From: a virus
Lineage: Duplodnaviria > Caudoviricetes
Reading direction: 5' to 3' (one strand)
Length of the DNA: 59,462 bases
Virus record (IMG/VR): IMGVR_UViG_3300042197_001662
Location: 1 to 59,462 of that record
Below, piece by piece: positions 1-8,693 of this stretch. The notes beneath the pieces are model-generated. The model did no database searches and was not told where the DNA came from. It worked only from the letters and a program-made list of their open reading frames with translations. Numbering within the stretch: the stretch's first letter is position 1; every line of letters starts with the position of its first letter. The translations under genes and the position numbers were made by a program.

Positions 1-1
1 G

Positions 2-142
2 AAGCAGATTCCTGGCGCTGATGCCATTGCGGCAGAGGAAGCTCGCCAGCAGATCCGCGACAAGTACGCCCAAGTGCAGGAGCAGATCGACGCTGCTGCA
101 AGTCCTGATGACATCAAAGCCGCCCTGGAGGTGACCCCATGA
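2..142 (+). CDS. 5'-truncated tail fibre assembly/chaperone-like protein, paralogue of 1475..1930
   Basis: Frame 2 reads KQIPGADAIAAEEARQQIRDKYAQVQEQIDAAASPDDIKAAL*, aligning with KQIPGADATAAEVARKDIRFKYALIQESIDLAATPEAIKAAL in 1475..1930; stop overlaps next ATG (ATGA). Confidence 0.7.
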   Translation, partial: KQIPGADAIAAEEARQQIRDKYAQVQEQIDAAASPDDIKAALEVTP

Positions 143-804
143 CCTTAAGACTCGCAGGAAGCACCTCGGGCTATACCGAGATCGACGCTCCGGCGGTAGC
201 TGGTAGCAACACGCTGGTGCTTCCGACTGGGAATGGCACCGTTCGCCAAACCTTGATGACTGATGGTGCTGGTGCGCTGTCGTTTGTCAATGATGCAGGG
301 GCGTTCTACTACCGCCTCGACGCCAACCTTGCTGGTGCAAACGCTACTGGCGCACAGTCAGTATTTGGTGTTGGCGTGACGCTGGCGGCCAGTACGGTGT
401 ATCAGTTTGAAACAAACTTTACGATTACAAAAACAGCAGGAACAACAAGCCATAGCACAAGTATTGGATTTGGCGGCACGGCTACATTAAATAACATTCA
501 ATGGAGCAACCTTTTGAATGGACAAGCCGTTGCCTACAACACACAGTTAACAAATAGCTCTGTCTTGGATAGTGCCAACGCGGCAGCGGCAAGAGCTTAT
601 TTTGCGGGTGTTACGGGTGCAAATTACACTCAAACTTATCGCATTTTTGGTACTGTTAGCATCAACGCAGGCGGCACTTTCATCCCGCAATACACCCTCA
701 GCGCAGCTCCTGGTGGTGCCTATTCCACCGTGGCCGGCAGCTACATCAGGTTTGTGCCCATCGGTGCAGCCGGTAGCGCATCATCTCAAGGCACCTGGAG
801 CTGA
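139..804 (+). CDS. Tail fibre/adhesin-like virion protein
   Basis: Gly/Ala/Thr/Ser-rich beta-strand composition; N-terminal GSTSGYTEIDAPAVAGSNTLVLP and TDGAGALSF segments typical of phage fibres; fibre-cassette context. Confidence 0.6.
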   Translation: MTLRLAGSTSGYTEIDAPAVAGSNTLVLPTGNGTVRQTLMTDGAGALSFVNDAGAFYYRLDANLAGANATGAQSVFGVGVTLAASTVYQFETNFTITKTAGTTSHSTSIGFGGTATLNNIQWSNLLNGQAVAYNTQLTNSSVLDSANAAAARAYFAGVTGANYTQTYRIFGTVSINAGGTFIPQYTLSAAPGGAYSTVAGSYIRFVPIGAAGSASSQGTWS

Positions 805-806
805 TC

Positions 807-1469
807 ATGAGCACACTATCTACAACCAACCTCAAGAACGCCAGCTCAGCCAGCAACAACATCGTGCTAAACACCGATGGCACGATTGGCGGCGCAGCAC
901 TGGCTGCTACATCCGACATCACAGGCGTCAATACCACGGGCACCGTCACCAGCGGCAGCGCCAGCCTGACCGTTGCATCCGCCACCGGCATTGCTGCTGG
1001 CATGTATGTGGTCGGTGAAGGCATTACGCCTGGCACCACAGTCAGCAGCATTGCCAGCACGACTGTCACACTTAGCGCCAACGCAAACGCCACACTGAGC
1101 AGCGATCCGGTCACCTTCTACAGCGCCAGCAAAATCGTCACACCTGCGGTTATTGGCGGTCAACTGTGTCGCGCTTGGGTGAATTTCAACGGCACCAGCA
1201 CCGTTGCAATCCGCGCCAGCTACAACGTGAGCAGCATTACGGATAACGGGACGGGGGACTATACGGTGAACTTCACGACGGCACTTGCGGATGCGAATTA
1301 TTCCGTTGTTGGTACTTCAAATATAAATACCACAGGATCGAGCAATCGTGTAATTTCAGCACCGTATAACAGCACCCCCACTACAGGACAGATTCGAATA
1401 CGAACGACCCGGGCAGATACTGCTGCTTCTGAGGATCATGAATATGTCAACGTCGCCATCTTCCGCTAA
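807..1469 (+). CDS. Tail fibre-like protein
   Basis: C-terminal RAWVNFNG...NVSSITDNGTGDYTVNF...DANYSV domain common in phage fibre tips; followed by chaperone-like gene. Confidence 0.65.
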   Translation: MSTLSTTNLKNASSASNNIVLNTDGTIGGAALAATSDITGVNTTGTVTSGSASLTVASATGIAAGMYVVGEGITPGTTVSSIASTTVTLSANANATLSSDPVTFYSASKIVTPAVIGGQLCRAWVNFNGTSTVAIRASYNVSSITDNGTGDYTVNFTTALADANYSVVGTSNINTTGSSNRVISAPYNSTPTTGQIRIRTTRADTAASEDHEYVNVAIFR

Positions 1470-1474
1470 CCGCC

Positions 1475-1930
1475 ATGAACAGAATTATCTTCCAAACTGA
1501 ATCCGGCGGCGTGGCGGTGATCATCCCCACCGAGTCCGTCGAACTGGCTCTCAAGGACGTTCCCGAAGGCGTGCCCTACGAGATCGTGGACGAAGCCGAC
1601 ATTCCCAGCGACCGTTACTTCCGCAACGCATGGGTGATGGATGACTGCTGCGTGGAGCACGACCTCGACAAGTGCAAAGAGATCGGCCACGACCGTCGCC
1701 GCCAGCAACGTGCTGAAGAGTTCAAGCCATACGATGAGGTGATCATGAAGCAGATCCCCGGTGCGGATGCCACTGCGGCAGAAGTTGCTCGCAAGGATAT
1801 TCGCTTCAAATACGCACTGATTCAAGAATCCATTGATCTGGCGGCAACACCGGAAGCCATCAAGGCAGCCCTAGAGGCGATTAACCCTGCACCCGAGCCG
1901 CTGCCGGCTGATGATCCGGAAGCGGAATAA
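1475..1930 (+). CDS. Tail fibre assembly/chaperone-like protein
   Basis: ALKDVPEGVPYEIVD..DIPSDRYFRNAW motif; directly follows fibre gene; paralogue at 2..142. Confidence 0.6.
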   Translation: MNRIIFQTESGGVAVIIPTESVELALKDVPEGVPYEIVDEADIPSDRYFRNAWVMDDCCVEHDLDKCKEIGHDRRRQQRAEEFKPYDEVIMKQIPGADATAAEVARKDIRFKYALIQESIDLAATPEAIKAALEAINPAPEPLPADDPEAE

Positions 1931-1946
1931 CTAATAAATTCCAGAA

Positions 1947-2573
1947 ATGGAACCCCCAAGGATTCCAGATCCTGGTCAGGTTCCTAAACCACACCTACCG
2001 GACGTTTTATCCCTACCAGCTCCTATCCTGGAGCTGCCTAAGGCGCAGATTCCGTCCTACACACCTCTTATCTATCCCTATGCAGACGGGGGTGCTAGCG
2101 GTTCCTTTGGTGTAAATACCTCAGAAGCTCAGGCCGAGCCTCAGGAGAAGAAGCCTGCGCCACCCGTAGTACCATCCATAGCGGTACCAGCGCTAACAAT
2201 CCCACAACCGTTATCCCAATCACCTGTATACACGCCTTCTGTACAGCTCGACACAAAGGATCTTCCACAACTTGCAGAGGCCACTACAGTTACTCTACCG
2301 GGAACAGATATACAAATTCCTGTACCAAAAGCGGAGATTGTGACAGCTGCCGCTGTTACTTCTGCTGTTAGCGTGGCGGCAACATTGACGGCTACATCCT
2401 TATTTAAACGGCTTGTATCACTGTTTAAACCCGTTATTAACATCGCAATTAAACGGATTAATAAACTTTTAAATAAGAAACAGCTTACTTACGGGCGGCA
2501 GAAGCTTCTACTACGTCGGCACAAACGCTTGCATACGGGGAAGAAGGGTGGATCATATACCCTGCCTTCTTAA
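1947..2573 (+). CDS. Pro-rich protein with C-terminal hydrophobic helix and basic tail
   Basis: Pro-rich N-half; hydrophobic AAAVTSAVSVAATLTATSLF then Lys/Arg-rich end. Confidence 0.6.
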   Translation: MEPPRIPDPGQVPKPHLPDVLSLPAPILELPKAQIPSYTPLIYPYADGGASGSFGVNTSEAQAEPQEKKPAPPVVPSIAVPALTIPQPLSQSPVYTPSVQLDTKDLPQLAEATTVTLPGTDIQIPVPKAEIVTAAAVTSAVSVAATLTATSLFKRLVSLFKPVINIAIKRINKLLNKKQLTYGRQKLLLRRHKRLHTGKKGGSYTLPS

Positions 2574-3291
2574 TCTCTACACATTTAAGAACACGAACAA
2601 GCTCATAATCCAACCGCTCCTTCTCAATCTTCCGCCTGGCAAGATCTTTACACAATCTGACCATTTCAAAATCAAGCGGTAAACTTAAACTAATTTGCGC
2701 CCCATAATTTTGGTTACGCAGATACGGCGCCTCAACATTATTAACATCATTTCCTAAATAAAATGGTGTAAAAACTAAGGTACTGGAGTTACAGGTGTGA
2801 CCAACACCAAAACCTTGCTGGCTATAACTCCCTTGGTTAATCTGTACAGCCTGATTAGATACTGATCCCGTTGATGTGGCAACAGGATTAGCAATTGCCG
2901 TAGTCCCCCCATCTTGTGCCCTGACAGGCAAACACAGAATTACTGCGAGAAGACCGATAAGGAGTTGGTCGTAGCGTTTGTTGTGATCGTGCGGGTAATG
3001 TCGGTTTGCTCCACCACACCAGCAGCCCTGGTCACCACCTCCAGGCTGTAAGGTTTGGTCGTATCTGTAACCGAAAATGTCGTGCCAGAAGTGTTGATGT
3101 CTCCGCTTGGCGTCACGTTGCTGGCGCTGACATTTCTGTAGTTGCCGCCAAACACCTGAACTTGGATCGTTTCGTTGATCGTCTGCGTTGTTGTCGTGGT
3201 GCTGGTCATGCTGCCCTGAGTGAAATTCGGTGTTACAGATTGAGCCAGGGCGGGAGAAGACAACAGCAATAAAGCGAAAAATGATCTCCAC
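2485..3291 (-). CDS. Putative exported Cys-containing protein; true start uncertain
   Basis: Protein-like part begins at signal-peptide-like KRYDQLLIGLLAVILCLPVRA-QD; upstream part overlaps 2940..3293 in another frame. Confidence 0.55.
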   Translation of the reverse strand: MEIIFRFIAVVFSRPGSICNTEFHSGQHDQHHDNNADDQRNDPSSGVWRQLQKCQRQQRDAKRRHQHFWHDIFGYRYDQTLQPGGGDQGCWCGGANRHYPHDHNKRYDQLLIGLLAVILCLPVRAQDGGTTAIANPVATSTGSVSNQAVQINQGSYSQQGFGVGHTCNSSTLVFTPFYLGNDVNNVEAPYLRNQNYGAQISLSLPLDFEMVRLCKDLARRKIEKERLDYELVRVLKCVEIKKAGYMIHPSSPYASVCADVVEASAARK

Positions 3292-3293
3292 AT
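2940..3293 (-). CDS. Putative exported Thr-rich protein
   Basis: ATG at 3293 gives signal peptide MWRSFFALLLLSSPALA-Q; Thr-rich mature part. Confidence 0.7.
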   Translation of the reverse strand: MWRSFFALLLLSSPALAQSVTPNFTQGSMTSTTTTTQTINETIQVQVFGGNYRNVSASNVTPSGDINTSGTTFSVTDTTKPYSLEVVTRAAGVVEQTDITRTITTNATTNSLSVFSQ

Positions 3294-3359
3294 GTTGATC
3301 GTGGCGTGCAATAAATTAATCCTATCATCGGGGTAAGATAGAACTAAATCAGTAAGATC

Positions 3360-4592
3360 ATGAAGATTTCCCAGAAGGGTCTCGATCTCATTAAATCCTT
3401 TGAGGGACTGCGACTTGAGCCCTACTACTGCAGCTCACAGGTACTAACCATCGGCTACGGCAGTACAGGTCCTCATGTCAAACAGGGCATGAAAATTACA
3501 AAGGAAGAAGCGGAAGATTTGCTACGTAAAGATGTCTCCCGTTTTGAAACTGGTGTAGACAAACTCATTAATATCGATTTAACTCAAGAGCAATTTGATG
3601 CCCTTGTTTCCTTTGCATTCAACTGCGGTGTTGGTGCTCTAGAAGAATCCACACTGCGACGCCGCCTTAACGCCGGGGAAGATCCAAACACTGTCGCTCA
3701 AGAGGAACTCAAGCGTTGGACCAACGGTGGACTTGCTGGCCTGGTGCGGCGCCGTAAAGCTGAAACCGATCTGTTCTGTAGCTCTGGTTCTATGACATCC
3801 AAACTGATTGACATTCGCTCCAGCCAGCAAACCTGGTTTAAAAAGGAGCCGATTCCCAGCTCTGAGCTGCCCAACGAGAAGCTCGCCAAGGTTCATCAGG
3901 GCCGTGATTACAAAGGCTGCAAAGTGCTGCAGCAAAAGGACAAGCACACCCAGCTGGAACTCCCTGGCGGCCTTGGTACCTGGTGGGTCTACGACCAACA
4001 CTTCGAAGGACTCGGCGGTGTTGTAATTGAAAGAAAAAATGAAAATGTTTCCAAAGACCACATCGCCCGCAAGATCCTCGATGTTCCCTACCAATCGCAG
4101 CGGGATAACTACAGGGACGCCAGCCGCACCTGCTTCTCCAGCTCCTGCGCCATGGCCGCGATGTTCCTAAAGCCCGGCATCGTCAAAAACGACGACGAGT
4201 ACGTCCGTAAAGTCTTTGCCATTGGCGACAGCACCGACAGCAGCGTCCAGGTTTCTGTCCTCAAGGGTCTTGGTTTTAAGCCGGCCTTTAAGCAAAACGG
4301 CACCCTAGACAAACTCAAGAACAACCTAGAAGCTGGTATCCCGATCCCCATCGGCATCCTGCACCACGGGCCAGCAACAGCTCCCTCTGGTGGCGGCCAC
4401 TGGATCTGCGTCATTGGCTACGACGACAGCCGCAAAACCTTTATCGTCCACGACCCCTGGGGTGAGATTGATCACAAGAGCGGCACCTACGTCAGCACTG
4501 ATGGCAAGAGCAAGGAGTACAGCTACAACCTGATTAGCAAACGCTGGACCGTAGAAGGTGTTGGCACTGGTTGGTTCATTGATCTATCGTGA
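3360..4592 (+). CDS. Endolysin: GH24 lysozyme plus C-terminal C39-like cysteine peptidase
   Basis: FEGLRL..Y..S..LTIGYG, QFDALVSFAFNCG, GLVRRRKAE (GH24); CFSSSCAM, GHW, HDPWG (C39 Cys-His-Asp). Confidence 0.9.
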   Translation: MKISQKGLDLIKSFEGLRLEPYYCSSQVLTIGYGSTGPHVKQGMKITKEEAEDLLRKDVSRFETGVDKLINIDLTQEQFDALVSFAFNCGVGALEESTLRRRLNAGEDPNTVAQEELKRWTNGGLAGLVRRRKAETDLFCSSGSMTSKLIDIRSSQQTWFKKEPIPSSELPNEKLAKVHQGRDYKGCKVLQQKDKHTQLELPGGLGTWWVYDQHFEGLGGVVIERKNENVSKDHIARKILDVPYQSQRDNYRDASRTCFSSSCAMAAMFLKPGIVKNDDEYVRKVFAIGDSTDSSVQVSVLKGLGFKPAFKQNGTLDKLKNNLEAGIPIPIGILHHGPATAPSGGGHWICVIGYDDSRKTFIVHDPWGEIDHKSGTYVSTDGKSKEYSYNLISKRWTVEGVGTGWFIDLS

Positions 4593-4837
4593 TTAAGCGC
4601 GATAACAACGGATTGCGAAAGTTTCTCGCCACGGTCGTACCCGCTGGGGTACTGTCGTGGGCACTGGCGATGCTCACCGTTAGTTATCTTGGTTACGCCA
4701 AAGTAGATGCTGCCTTCATCTCTTCTTTGGTGACCAGCGTTCTTGCCGTCTATGGCATCAGCCGTAAGGAAGAAGATAAAGGTGAACCGACCAAACCCCC
4801 TGGTCCCGGACGGCCACCTAAATCTGGCGCTTCCTGA
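4589..4837 (+). CDS. Small two-TM protein, putative holin
   Basis: Two hydrophobic helices, charged C-terminus, overlaps lysin stop. Confidence 0.5.
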   Translation: MIKRDNNGLRKFLATVVPAGVLSWALAMLTVSYLGYAKVDAAFISSLVTSVLAVYGISRKEEDKGEPTKPPGPGRPPKSGAS

Positions 4838-4874
4838 TCAATAGTGTTACTATTTCCTTAGAAAAAATCTGATT

Positions 4875-5093
4875 ATGAACAAAGCAATTGATGAATTAGA
4901 TAATGGACTCAAGGCCCAGCTCGCTAGCCTGGCTGATGAGATCCGCAGCTCTGAGGAAACATTGATCCGCACTAAAGAGGGTTACCTCAAAGTGCAAGGT
5001 GCCATTGAAATCCTCGCTATCCTCAAGCAAAAGGTTTCCGCTGAAGAGAACAACAAACTGGCAGACGCACTGACTGATCCGCTGGCAGAATGA
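4875..5093 (+). CDS. Hypothetical coiled-coil protein
   Basis: 72 aa heptad pattern, coupled to next ORF. Confidence 0.6.
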   Translation: MNKAIDELDNGLKAQLASLADEIRSSEETLIRTKEGYLKVQGAIEILAILKQKVSAEENNKLADALTDPLAE

Positions 5094-5323
5094 TGTTGGG
5101 AGAGTTCACGCGAGATCGATATAGAGCCCTGGAACTGATTGCAGATTTTATTCGGGAGCCATCTCGTGAACTGCGATTAAATGCCATTGTCTGTGACATC
5201 AGCGATGAAGACCTGCGCTGGGTCACAGACAAACTCCATTACTACTTACTGAGGCTCCTGGAGGATGCCCAGTACGATCCAGCCGAAGATGAGCTGGAGG
5301 AAGTAATTGGTTTAACTGATTAA
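5090..5323 (+). CDS. Hypothetical acidic protein
   Basis: 77 aa, ATGA overlap with upstream gene. Confidence 0.6.
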   Translation: MMLGEFTRDRYRALELIADFIREPSRELRLNAIVCDISDEDLRWVTDKLHYYLLRLLEDAQYDPAEDELEEVIGLTD

Positions 5324-5394
5324 GCTGAATACCCGGCTCGAACGGGTGACCTGAGACTTACAAAATCCCTGCTCTACCACTGAGCTAATCCAGC
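5323..5394 (-). tRNA. tRNA-Thr(TGT)
   Basis: GCTGGAT..ATTCAGC acceptor stem, TAGCTCAGTGGTAGAGC D-arm, anticodon loop TT-TGT-AA, T-arm ACCCG TTCGAGC CGGGT; CCA not encoded. Confidence 0.9.
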
Positions 5395-5442
5395 GGAGCC
5401 CCGGACCTTCTAGGCTATCTGCCTAGCGTCACCGACGGGCAG

Positions 5443-5524
5443 TACCCCGGACAGGCCACGATCCTGCACGCCTTTCGGCAACGAGGCTTAAACTCGTTGT
5501 GTCTGCCAATTCCACCACCGGGGC
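5443..5524 (-). tRNA. tRNA-Leu(TAA), class II, atypical T-loop
   Basis: GCCCCGG..CCGGGGT-A acceptor, TGGTGGAATTGGCAGACAC D-arm, ACGAG TT-TAA-GC CTCGT, variable arm GCC-GAAA-GGC, T-loop ATCGTGG. Confidence 0.85.
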
Positions 5525-5595
5525 TAACGGTACAAGGATAGCGCACAGGGAAGGTGTATGCACCATATCTTTTGGTTAGGGTTTGTGAACATCAA

Positions 5596-6006
5596 ATGTT
5601 TCACAGCGAGGATGATTTCCTAGTTAATTTAATTGTTTTAACTCCGAAACTTGCTCGTAAAAAATTTCGAGAATCAATATTTGAAGCCTGGGGCTGGCGC
5701 TGCGCTTACTGCGATAAGCATTTGTGCCAGGACACAGCCACCATCGATCACATCGTCCCTAAGCACAAAGGCGGTCACAACACCCGCAACAACCTAGCCT
5801 GCTCCTGCACCAGCTGTAACCGCTCCAAGGCATCAGAAATGCCTTTCGACTGGTTCGATCAAAGCAACAAGAACTATTCGGATCTTAGGGCTGATAAACT
5901 GAAGAAATGGTTAGAACAGAAACCCTGTTCAATCAAAATTAGTAGCTCAGATAGCGCAGTCCCTTATCTCGCCAATGATGCAACAATCGGCTGGATCGCA
6001 ACCTGA
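5596..6006 (+). CDS. HNH endonuclease (CxxC..DH..P..GG..N..NL..CxxCN type)
   Basis: CAYCD..TIDHIVPKHKGGHNTRNNLACSCTSCNRSK; ATG 5596 preferred over GTG 5554. Confidence 0.85.
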   Translation: MFHSEDDFLVNLIVLTPKLARKKFRESIFEAWGWRCAYCDKHLCQDTATIDHIVPKHKGGHNTRNNLACSCTSCNRSKASEMPFDWFDQSNKNYSDLRADKLKKWLEQKPCSIKISSSDSAVPYLANDATIGWIAT

Positions 6007-6160
6007 TCCCACTCAGTTTGCTCAAGGTTATGCCGCCAAGGTGGCAGACATCATTGAGAGATTACGGGGCTACCGCAGTGCCGGTCAGGGGGATCGCGCT
6101 CTTAAAGGGGAGGAAGGGATGACCGTCTCTCCTGATCGCGCTCAGTATTACAAAAGCTGA
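5975..6160 (+). CDS. Hypothetical protein
   Basis: 61 aa, stop overlaps next ATG. Confidence 0.5.
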   Translation: MMQQSAGSQPDPTQFAQGYAAKVADIIERLRGYRSAGQGDRALKGEEGMTVSPDRAQYYKS

Positions 6161-6531
6161 TGGCAGATCGAGCAAAGGCCAAGCGACTGGCGAAGGAGCA
6201 CATGAAGTGCAACCAACCCCAGCGCACACCAGATCATCCCACTAAATCCCACATTGTTAAGGCTTGTGGGTCTGATGTTCCTGGCGGCGAAAAAATCATC
6301 CGCTTTGGTCAACAAGGTGCTGCAACAGCTGGTAAACCTAAAGAAGGTGAATCAGATCGGATGAAAAAGAAACGTGCTAGTTTTAAAGCGAGGCACGCAA
6401 AAAACATCGCTAAAGGTAAAAGTTCGGCTGCGTACTGGGCAGACCGCGTGAAGTGGATGATCGTAAGTGGTATACTTTCTGCAGAGTTGCTTTCCCAATG
6501 CCTTCAGCACGTTGGAACTACGTTGACGTAA
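6160..6531 (+). CDS. Basic phage protein, homologue of 41548..41823, with read-through C-terminal extension
   Basis: HPTKSH..IRFGQQG..FKARHA.NI.KGK.SAAYWADR.KW shared with 41548..41823. Confidence 0.8.
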   Translation: MADRAKAKRLAKEHMKCNQPQRTPDHPTKSHIVKACGSDVPGGEKIIRFGQQGAATAGKPKEGESDRMKKKRASFKARHAKNIAKGKSSAAYWADRVKWMIVSGILSAELLSQCLQHVGTTLT

Positions 6532-7079
6532 GTTGCCTTAAATGCAGTAAAGCGGGGAGAATTCGAATAGATCAGTTTAATCGAAAGGATAAAAAGTGGG
6601 AGTGCAGATCTTGCGCGCGTAGTGGAATAAAGGTAAAAGTAAAAAACCCGTCAGCAAAACATGATCCCATCAAACAGGGAGCTTATAAAAGTTATTGGCG
6701 TGCTAGAAAAAGGGTTATAGACAATCACAAAGGAGCCTATGGCCACGTTCAATTTAAATTCACATCTTTTGAACAGTTTTATTCCGAACTAGGCCCTAGA
6801 CCGGAAGGCTGCACGCTAGATAGGATTGATGTTAACGGTCATTACGAACCTGGAAATGTTAGGTGGGCAACAATTCAAGAGCAGGCTAGAAACAGAAGGT
6901 CCAATATTTTTGTGATCTATAACGGAAAAACAATGTGCCTGACCGATGCTGCTAGAATATCTGGTAAAGATCCAGGGGCGCTTAAACGGCGGTTAGAAAC
7001 TGGATGCCCAGAGGAATTTTTATTTGCAGATGGCAAATGGTTTGTTGGCAGCAAAAAATTTGTCCCCGCAGAACTATAA
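6453..7079 (+). CDS. HNH-type homing endonuclease with N-terminal Zn finger
   Basis: CLKC..CRSC; RPEGCTLDRIDVNGHYEPGNVRWAT..QARNRR; AT-richer than flanks. Confidence 0.85.
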   Translation: MDDRKWYTFCRVAFPMPSARWNYVDVSCLKCSKAGRIRIDQFNRKDKKWECRSCARSGIKVKVKNPSAKHDPIKQGAYKSYWRARKRVIDNHKGAYGHVQFKFTSFEQFYSELGPRPEGCTLDRIDVNGHYEPGNVRWATIQEQARNRRSNIFVIYNGKTMCLTDAARISGKDPGALKRRLETGCPEEFLFADGKWFVGSKKFVPAEL

Positions 7080-7091
7080 ATGGTGACCCTT

Positions 7092-7559
7092 ATGGCAAAA
7101 CTGGACAAAAGAAACGCTTGTTATACCGCGTTAGTGCAAACACTGCGGGATACTTCGTATCTTCTTAACCAAACTTACATTGTCCATTGGAACCTGATGG
7201 GCACGAAGTTTTACTCCATTCATAAACTAACTCAGGAGATCTACGAAGAACTTCAAGGTGGTCTTGATACCGTTGCTGAGCACCTACGCTCTCTTGACAT
7301 TGCAGCCCCCAAGAGCGTGGAGGATCTCAACTACTCCAACCTCTCACCGCTTCCTGATGACTGCTTTGATCAAGACGGTTTAATCACCACCCTGGCAACC
7401 AATACCGATATGCTGGCTGAGAAGTTCGCAGCTGTTGCGGCCCAGGCAGAGGCCATCGGTGATCAGCTGACCCTTGATGTTGCCGTAGAGCGCGGACGCG
7501 CCCACAAGAAGGCGCAGTGGCTGCTGAAGTCGAACCTCCCCTGCGGCTGCGATCACTAA
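7092..7559 (+). CDS. dps: Dps/ferritin-like DNA protection protein
   Basis: HWN..G..F..IH.L..E.YEEL...LD.VAE ferroxidase pattern and C-terminal H.K..WLL. Confidence 0.85.
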   Translation: MAKLDKRNACYTALVQTLRDTSYLLNQTYIVHWNLMGTKFYSIHKLTQEIYEELQGGLDTVAEHLRSLDIAAPKSVEDLNYSNLSPLPDDCFDQDGLITTLATNTDMLAEKFAAVAAQAEAIGDQLTLDVAVERGRAHKKAQWLLKSNLPCGCDH

Positions 7560-8353
7560 GGCATCAGGCTCCAGCTGCGCCACCACTTGGTAATCACATA
7601 CTTATTACCACTAATGGGCGGCAACGCCTCGTGCATGGTCTTAGGATTCGGCAGGCCAAAGGGATAAAGATTGCTCCAGAAGACAGCCTTACCTTGCTCT
7701 GGCTTGATCTTTAGATTGAGGTGTTTGAAATAAGTTTCACCACCTTCTTCTACATCATTTAAGTAAATCATGAAGGTCCAGGTTCGCTGGCCCATCCATT
7801 CGGTATAAACTTTATATTCACTGGTGTGAGGGTAGAAGAAATCACAGTGTTCTTTATAGTATTGACCAGGCTCATAACGCTGGATCTGCATCATCTCTCC
7901 TAGAAACGGGTTGATATTAAGGGCTCTGCCAATCTTGATATCAATTTGATTAACAAAATCACTGTGCTGCCACTCCAGATCAGCCGTCCAGCTGGTGCGA
8001 TAATCGGTAGACAGCGCTTCGTCCTTGGGGTTTGCCACGCAGGAGCGGCGGACCTTAACATCAGCCATATCCATCAAGCCGTAGCAATCTGATGGGCACA
8101 AAAAATTTTTGTACTCATAAATTTTGGTGCAAGGAAAATAAATCGGCGTGGCGCCTTCTGGTATATCAATGTTGTAATGCTTGAAGTAATTAATGTAATC
8201 AGGTTTTTTGGCAAGTCCCAAGTTATCTAATATTGTGTTGGCTTCCTTTTCGGTAATATCAAACGCTGTCATTAGGTGCGTACGCAACTGCGTCTTACTG
8301 ACACCGCCCAAAGCTGAGTCGGTAATATTTTCAATCGCAGTCCGACTGAGCAT
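7556..8353 (-). CDS. 2OG-Fe(II) oxygenase, prolyl 4-hydroxylase family
   Basis: RTS, QRYEPGQYYKEHCDFF (HxD), GQRTWTFMIYLNDVEEGGETYF, MHEALP..GNKYVITKW; ATG 8353 preferred. Confidence 0.9.
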   Translation of the reverse strand: MLSRTAIENITDSALGGVSKTQLRTHLMTAFDITEKEANTILDNLGLAKKPDYINYFKHYNIDIPEGATPIYFPCTKIYEYKNFLCPSDCYGLMDMADVKVRRSCVANPKDEALSTDYRTSWTADLEWQHSDFVNQIDIKIGRALNINPFLGEMMQIQRYEPGQYYKEHCDFFYPHTSEYKVYTEWMGQRTWTFMIYLNDVEEGGETYFKHLNLKIKPEQGKAVFWSNLYPFGLPNPKTMHEALPPISGNKYVITKWWRSWSLMP

Positions 8354-8403
8354 TTGTGTACTGAGGTTCTTTAAAATATAGTAGTTTGGAACTGAACTAG
8401 CAA

Positions 8404-8565
8404 GTGGAATCCGTCCTACTGATCTTTGGTCTGGTCTTTGGTTCCACCTACGCAATCGGCACAGTCCTAACCAGGCCCCATGTCCGGCACCATGAGCGAA
8501 ACACAACGCTTTCTCCAAAATTACAAAGCCGAAAGGTTGCCACAATTGGTTCCAGGCGTATTTAG
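8404..8565 (+). CDS. Small single-TM protein (below ORF-track cutoff)
   Basis: GTG start, MESVLLIFGLVFGSTYAIGTVLTR..., divergent from P4H. Confidence 0.35.
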   Translation: MESVLLIFGLVFGSTYAIGTVLTRPHVRHHERNTTLSPKLQSRKVATIGSRRI

Positions 8566-8638
8566 TGGTGCCCTAGATCTGCCTGATTTTACAGTCGATC
8601 AACGGTACATTCCGCCCCAAAAGCCAGTGGCTGCCTAG
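8492..8638 (+). CDS. Small hypothetical protein with RFLQNY motif (below ORF-track cutoff)
   Basis: MSETQRFLQNYKAERLPQ...FTVDQRY; motif shared with 16975..17313 and 10522..10818. Confidence 0.5.
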   Translation: MSETQRFLQNYKAERLPQLVPGVFSGALDLPDFTVDQRYIPPQKPVAA

Positions 8639-8693
8639 TAATTGCCAAACAGTTCACCGCTGTTAGGATGTAATCACAGATTGGTAATTACCA

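Noticed and set aside
5395-5442. Third tRNA in the spacer
   Set aside because: Only 48 nt with one hairpin; no cloverleaf
6457-7083. Group I intron
   Set aside because: The HNH ORF fills the whole insert and no P/Q/R/S core is recognisable
7556-8353. P4H acting on the collagen fibre at 43373
   Set aside because: The two genes probably belong to different genomes, and the collagen Pro residues are mostly at X (GPQ), not the Y position P4H usually modifies
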